The notes under the pieces were generated by a model. That model was not told the DNA's origin and did not search any database. It was given only the letters and a program-made list of their open reading frames with translations. DNA of 44,742 bases, taken from a virus. The stretch lies in the IMG/VR virus record IMGVR_UViG_3300037474_000089; one strand, given 5' to 3'. Shown here one piece after another: positions 42,921 to 44,742 of the stretch (positions are counted from its first letter, which is position 1; each line of letters starts with the position of its first letter). Both the position numbers and the translations under genes were made by a program.

Positions 42921-43432
42921 TATTTATCCTCAACCACATTTATTAATGTGGCTAACATATGTCCGGTATCCACTAATGGTTTATATAGATTTCCTATTTC
43001 TGTCTTAGTATACGGCCTTCCTTTTGCCCCAAGACCCCTACGGCTTAATCTAGCTTGGATAGTGCTAAATTTTAACGAAGGTGTATATATTTGGGTTATT
43101 TTCTTTCTAATGTTTCCCGCTGCATTTTGACCGATAGCTTCCATCATTTTAGATGGAGTAGATTTACCTTCAAGGATAAGCTTACTTTCAGCTTTAGCAA
43201 TTCTATCCCAAGTATTTCTATATTTAACAATTGTTGGTCTCATAAAAGGACGAGGTGGAATATTTTTTGGAGAATACCCGTACTCTTGAATAGTGGCCAC
43301 ATACGCTACTTGAGTTCCGTCAGGGTATTTAGCTCCTTCAAACCAACCCACTTTGCCAACTTTATTCCCTAAAGTTTGCAGAGCAACTTCTAAAGCTTTT
43401 CTTCCGTTGCCAGAGACATGGCGTACTCTCAT
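42920..43432 (-). CDS. HK97 gp10-like neck protein
   Basis: [55 protein letters not shown]. Confidence 0.5.
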   Translation of the reverse strand: MRVRHVSGNGRKALEVALQTLGNKVGKVGWFEGAKYPDGTQVAYVATIQEYGYSPKNIPPRPFMRPTIVKYRNTWDRIAKAESKLILEGKSTPSKMMEAIGQNAAGNIRKKITQIYTPSLKFSTIQARLSRRGLGAKGRPYTKTEIGNLYKPLVDTGHMLATLINVVEDK

Positions 43433-43875
43433 GAGAAATATCCCCCAACCCTTCTGAAAGCAGAAAGTTCAGGAAGTCCTCCAATGTAAATGCCCCCAAC
43501 TGAATTAACTTGAAGAAGTGCCCAAAGCTGTTGGCCATAAGGAGAGGTGCTTAACCACCATTGCCATTGGTTTCTAATGGGGGCTACCGTTAAATTAACA
43601 GTTATCTTATCAACAGTAGAACTATTAATAAGAATCGCGGTTTGACCATCGGCCACTAACCCGGCGATATATAGTAAATGAGCCGTCATTAAATTAAGAG
43701 CTAATGTCCTACAATGCTCATCTAAATCCCAACAAAATCCATAGGTTTGGTCAGATACGTAACAGATCGCCATATCCCAATACATTTGAAGCATGGCATC
43801 AGGATACGTAGTGACGTTAGCATATGCCGGAAATTGTTGACGAAATAAAGTCGGGTCAAAAATTATTGTGGCCAC
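43429..43875 (-). CDS. Head-tail adaptor (DUF4054-like)
   Basis: [31 protein letters not shown] is typical of the N-terminus. Confidence 0.5.
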   Translation of the reverse strand: MATIIFDPTLFRQQFPAYANVTTYPDAMLQMYWDMAICYVSDQTYGFCWDLDEHCRTLALNLMTAHLLYIAGLVADGQTAILINSSTVDKITVNLTVAPIRNQWQWWLSTSPYGQQLWALLQVNSVGGIYIGGLPELSAFRRVGGYFS

Positions 43876-43877
43876 AG

Positions 43878-44264
43878 TTATCCTCTCTTACGTTTAACTC
43901 CTTTCGGAATAGGATCACTTTCGTGAGATTCCTGAAAATCGTCGGGGGTGATGGGAGCCGAATTATCTCTTTTCTTCATACGAGTTATTACTTTTTCTAC
44001 TTCTTCTTGTTTCTTTTCAACAAGAATGTGTCCTTCTTTTATGTGCTCTTTGAATGAATAGTTGTCTTTTAAGATCTCATAGTCTTCATCATTTACTGAA
44101 GTTATGGCACCACGGGGGGTGATAAGATTTTTATTAGCAACACCAACCTTGCCGTTAATGAGCACTTCATGCTCAATTACTGCTGGACCGGATTGACCAG
44201 GATGTTGTTCTTTATATTTTGCATATCTTACATCATTAGCTAAAGTTGAATAAACATAGTACAT
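43878..44264 (-). CDS. Hypothetical structural-region protein (128 aa)
   Basis: I prefer the start MYYVYSTL (ATG 44264, RBS GAGGAGAAAT). The longer track ORF would run through the terminator hairpin. Confidence 0.45.
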   Translation of the reverse strand: MYYVYSTLANDVRYAKYKEQHPGQSGPAVIEHEVLINGKVGVANKNLITPRGAITSVNDEDYEILKDNYSFKEHIKEGHILVEKKQEEVEKVITRMKKRDNSAPITPDDFQESHESDPIPKGVKRKRG

Positions 44265-44282
44265 TTTTATTTCTCCTCGGTT

Positions 44283-44323
44283 ATAAAAACCTGCTCGTGC
44301 ATTTTGCAATGTAGAGGAGCAGG
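44283..44323 (-). terminator. Intrinsic terminator/attenuator after the capsid gene (CCTGCTC/GAGCAGG followed by TTTTTAT)
   Basis: The stem is 44317-23 with 44290-96. The U run comes from 44283-89. Confidence 0.55.
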
Positions 44324-44331
44324 CCGTATTA

Positions 44332-44742
44332 CTAAATACTAGAATATCGAACAACTGCCCATGGGCGTTTCAGCATGATGCCAGCTGACGCATTGGAATA
44401 GTCTTCAATATATCCTTTTGCTAATTGTTGTACGCCAAGTACGTAAAATTTAGCAGGAACAATTTGCATGAAAGTTTTACCGTTGTCGGTAGAACGATCT
44501 TGAATTGAATCTGCATATAAGTAGAACACATTTGCTCCACCATTAGCTGCGTTCAATTCAGGAGCAGATACTACTCGAACCAAAGGATACGTTTCTTTCA
44601 ACCATTGCATTACAGAGTAACCAAAATCTGTCGTGGTTGATAAACGATCAACGGCTGCTGTAGCTACTGCTAAAGTAATCTTAGTACGGAAAGGATCAAT
44701 CACATCACCGGATTGATTTCTTAATGCCGAAATAGATGTTAA
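44332..44742 (-). CDS. Major capsid protein, C-terminal part (continues from 1..811 across the circular junction)
   Basis: ...DPFRTKITLAVATAAVDRLSTTTDFGYSVMQWLKETYPLVRVVSAPELN.... It is in frame with the 5' window part. Confidence 0.75.
   Translation of the reverse strand, partial: LTSISALRNQSGDVIDPFRTKITLAVATAAVDRLSTTTDFGYSVMQWLKETYPLVRVVSAPELNAANGGANVFYLYADSIQDRSTDNGKTFMQIVPAKFYVLGVQQLAKGYIEDYSNASAGIMLKRPWAVVRYSSI
44616..44742. repeat. Terminal overlap identical to 1..127
   Basis: See the first feature. Confidence 0.9.

Noticed and set aside
1-44742. CRISPR array, solitary CRISPR-like repeats or retron msr/msd
   Set aside because: I saw no regularly spaced direct repeats of 24-40 nt. The only tandem repeats are 7-10-mers in the 12.6-12.9 kb hub. 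There are no RT or cas genes apart from the Cas4-like replication nuclease.

Overview
The window is a complete, circularly assembled tailed-phage genome. Bases 1-127 are identical to 44616-44742, so the unique length is 44,615 bp, and the major capsid gene is split across the window ends. The genome is AT-rich and has three blocks. (1) A long minus-strand morphogenesis block runs 12560->1 and wraps to 44742->31424. Its order is a terS-like HTH gene, an unusually placed tail-fibre cassette with three tandem C1q-like genes, TerL, portal, MuF-like, scaffold, decoration-like and capsid genes, then neck, sheath, tube, a chaperone pair with a -1 frameshift, tape measure, baseplate, collar-domain fibre and a GH108 endolysin/holin lysis cassette. 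This is myovirus-type architecture. (2) A minus-strand replication block (14813-20408) encodes a primase-polymerase/SF3 helicase, a mini-TetR, zinc-ribbon proteins, a VRR-NUC nuclease and an SF2 helicase. (3) A plus-strand early/replication block (20487-30868) encodes a Cas4-like nuclease, a DUF2815-like SSB, family-A DNA polymerase, C5-methyltransferase, an SPFH lipoprotein with small membrane proteins, and DUF3310. I saw no integrase, reverse transcriptase, CRISPR array or canonical tRNA. The most unusual features are: (a) a promoter-driven, G+C-rich structured RNA of about 140 nt with tRNA-like T-loop hairpins at 13487-13630, heading a small module of secreted proteins that is bracketed by two convergent copies of a 37-bp conserved promoter cassette (a third copy lies at 28439); (b) a 20-bp palindromic operator TATTGAC-N6-GTCAATA embedded in three promoters; (c) a C5-methyltransferase gene in which methyltransferase-like motifs appear in two overlapping reading frames; (d) a repeat-dense intergenic hub (12561-12963) that looks like an origin or pac region. 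All functional calls come from reading motifs by eye. No database search was possible.
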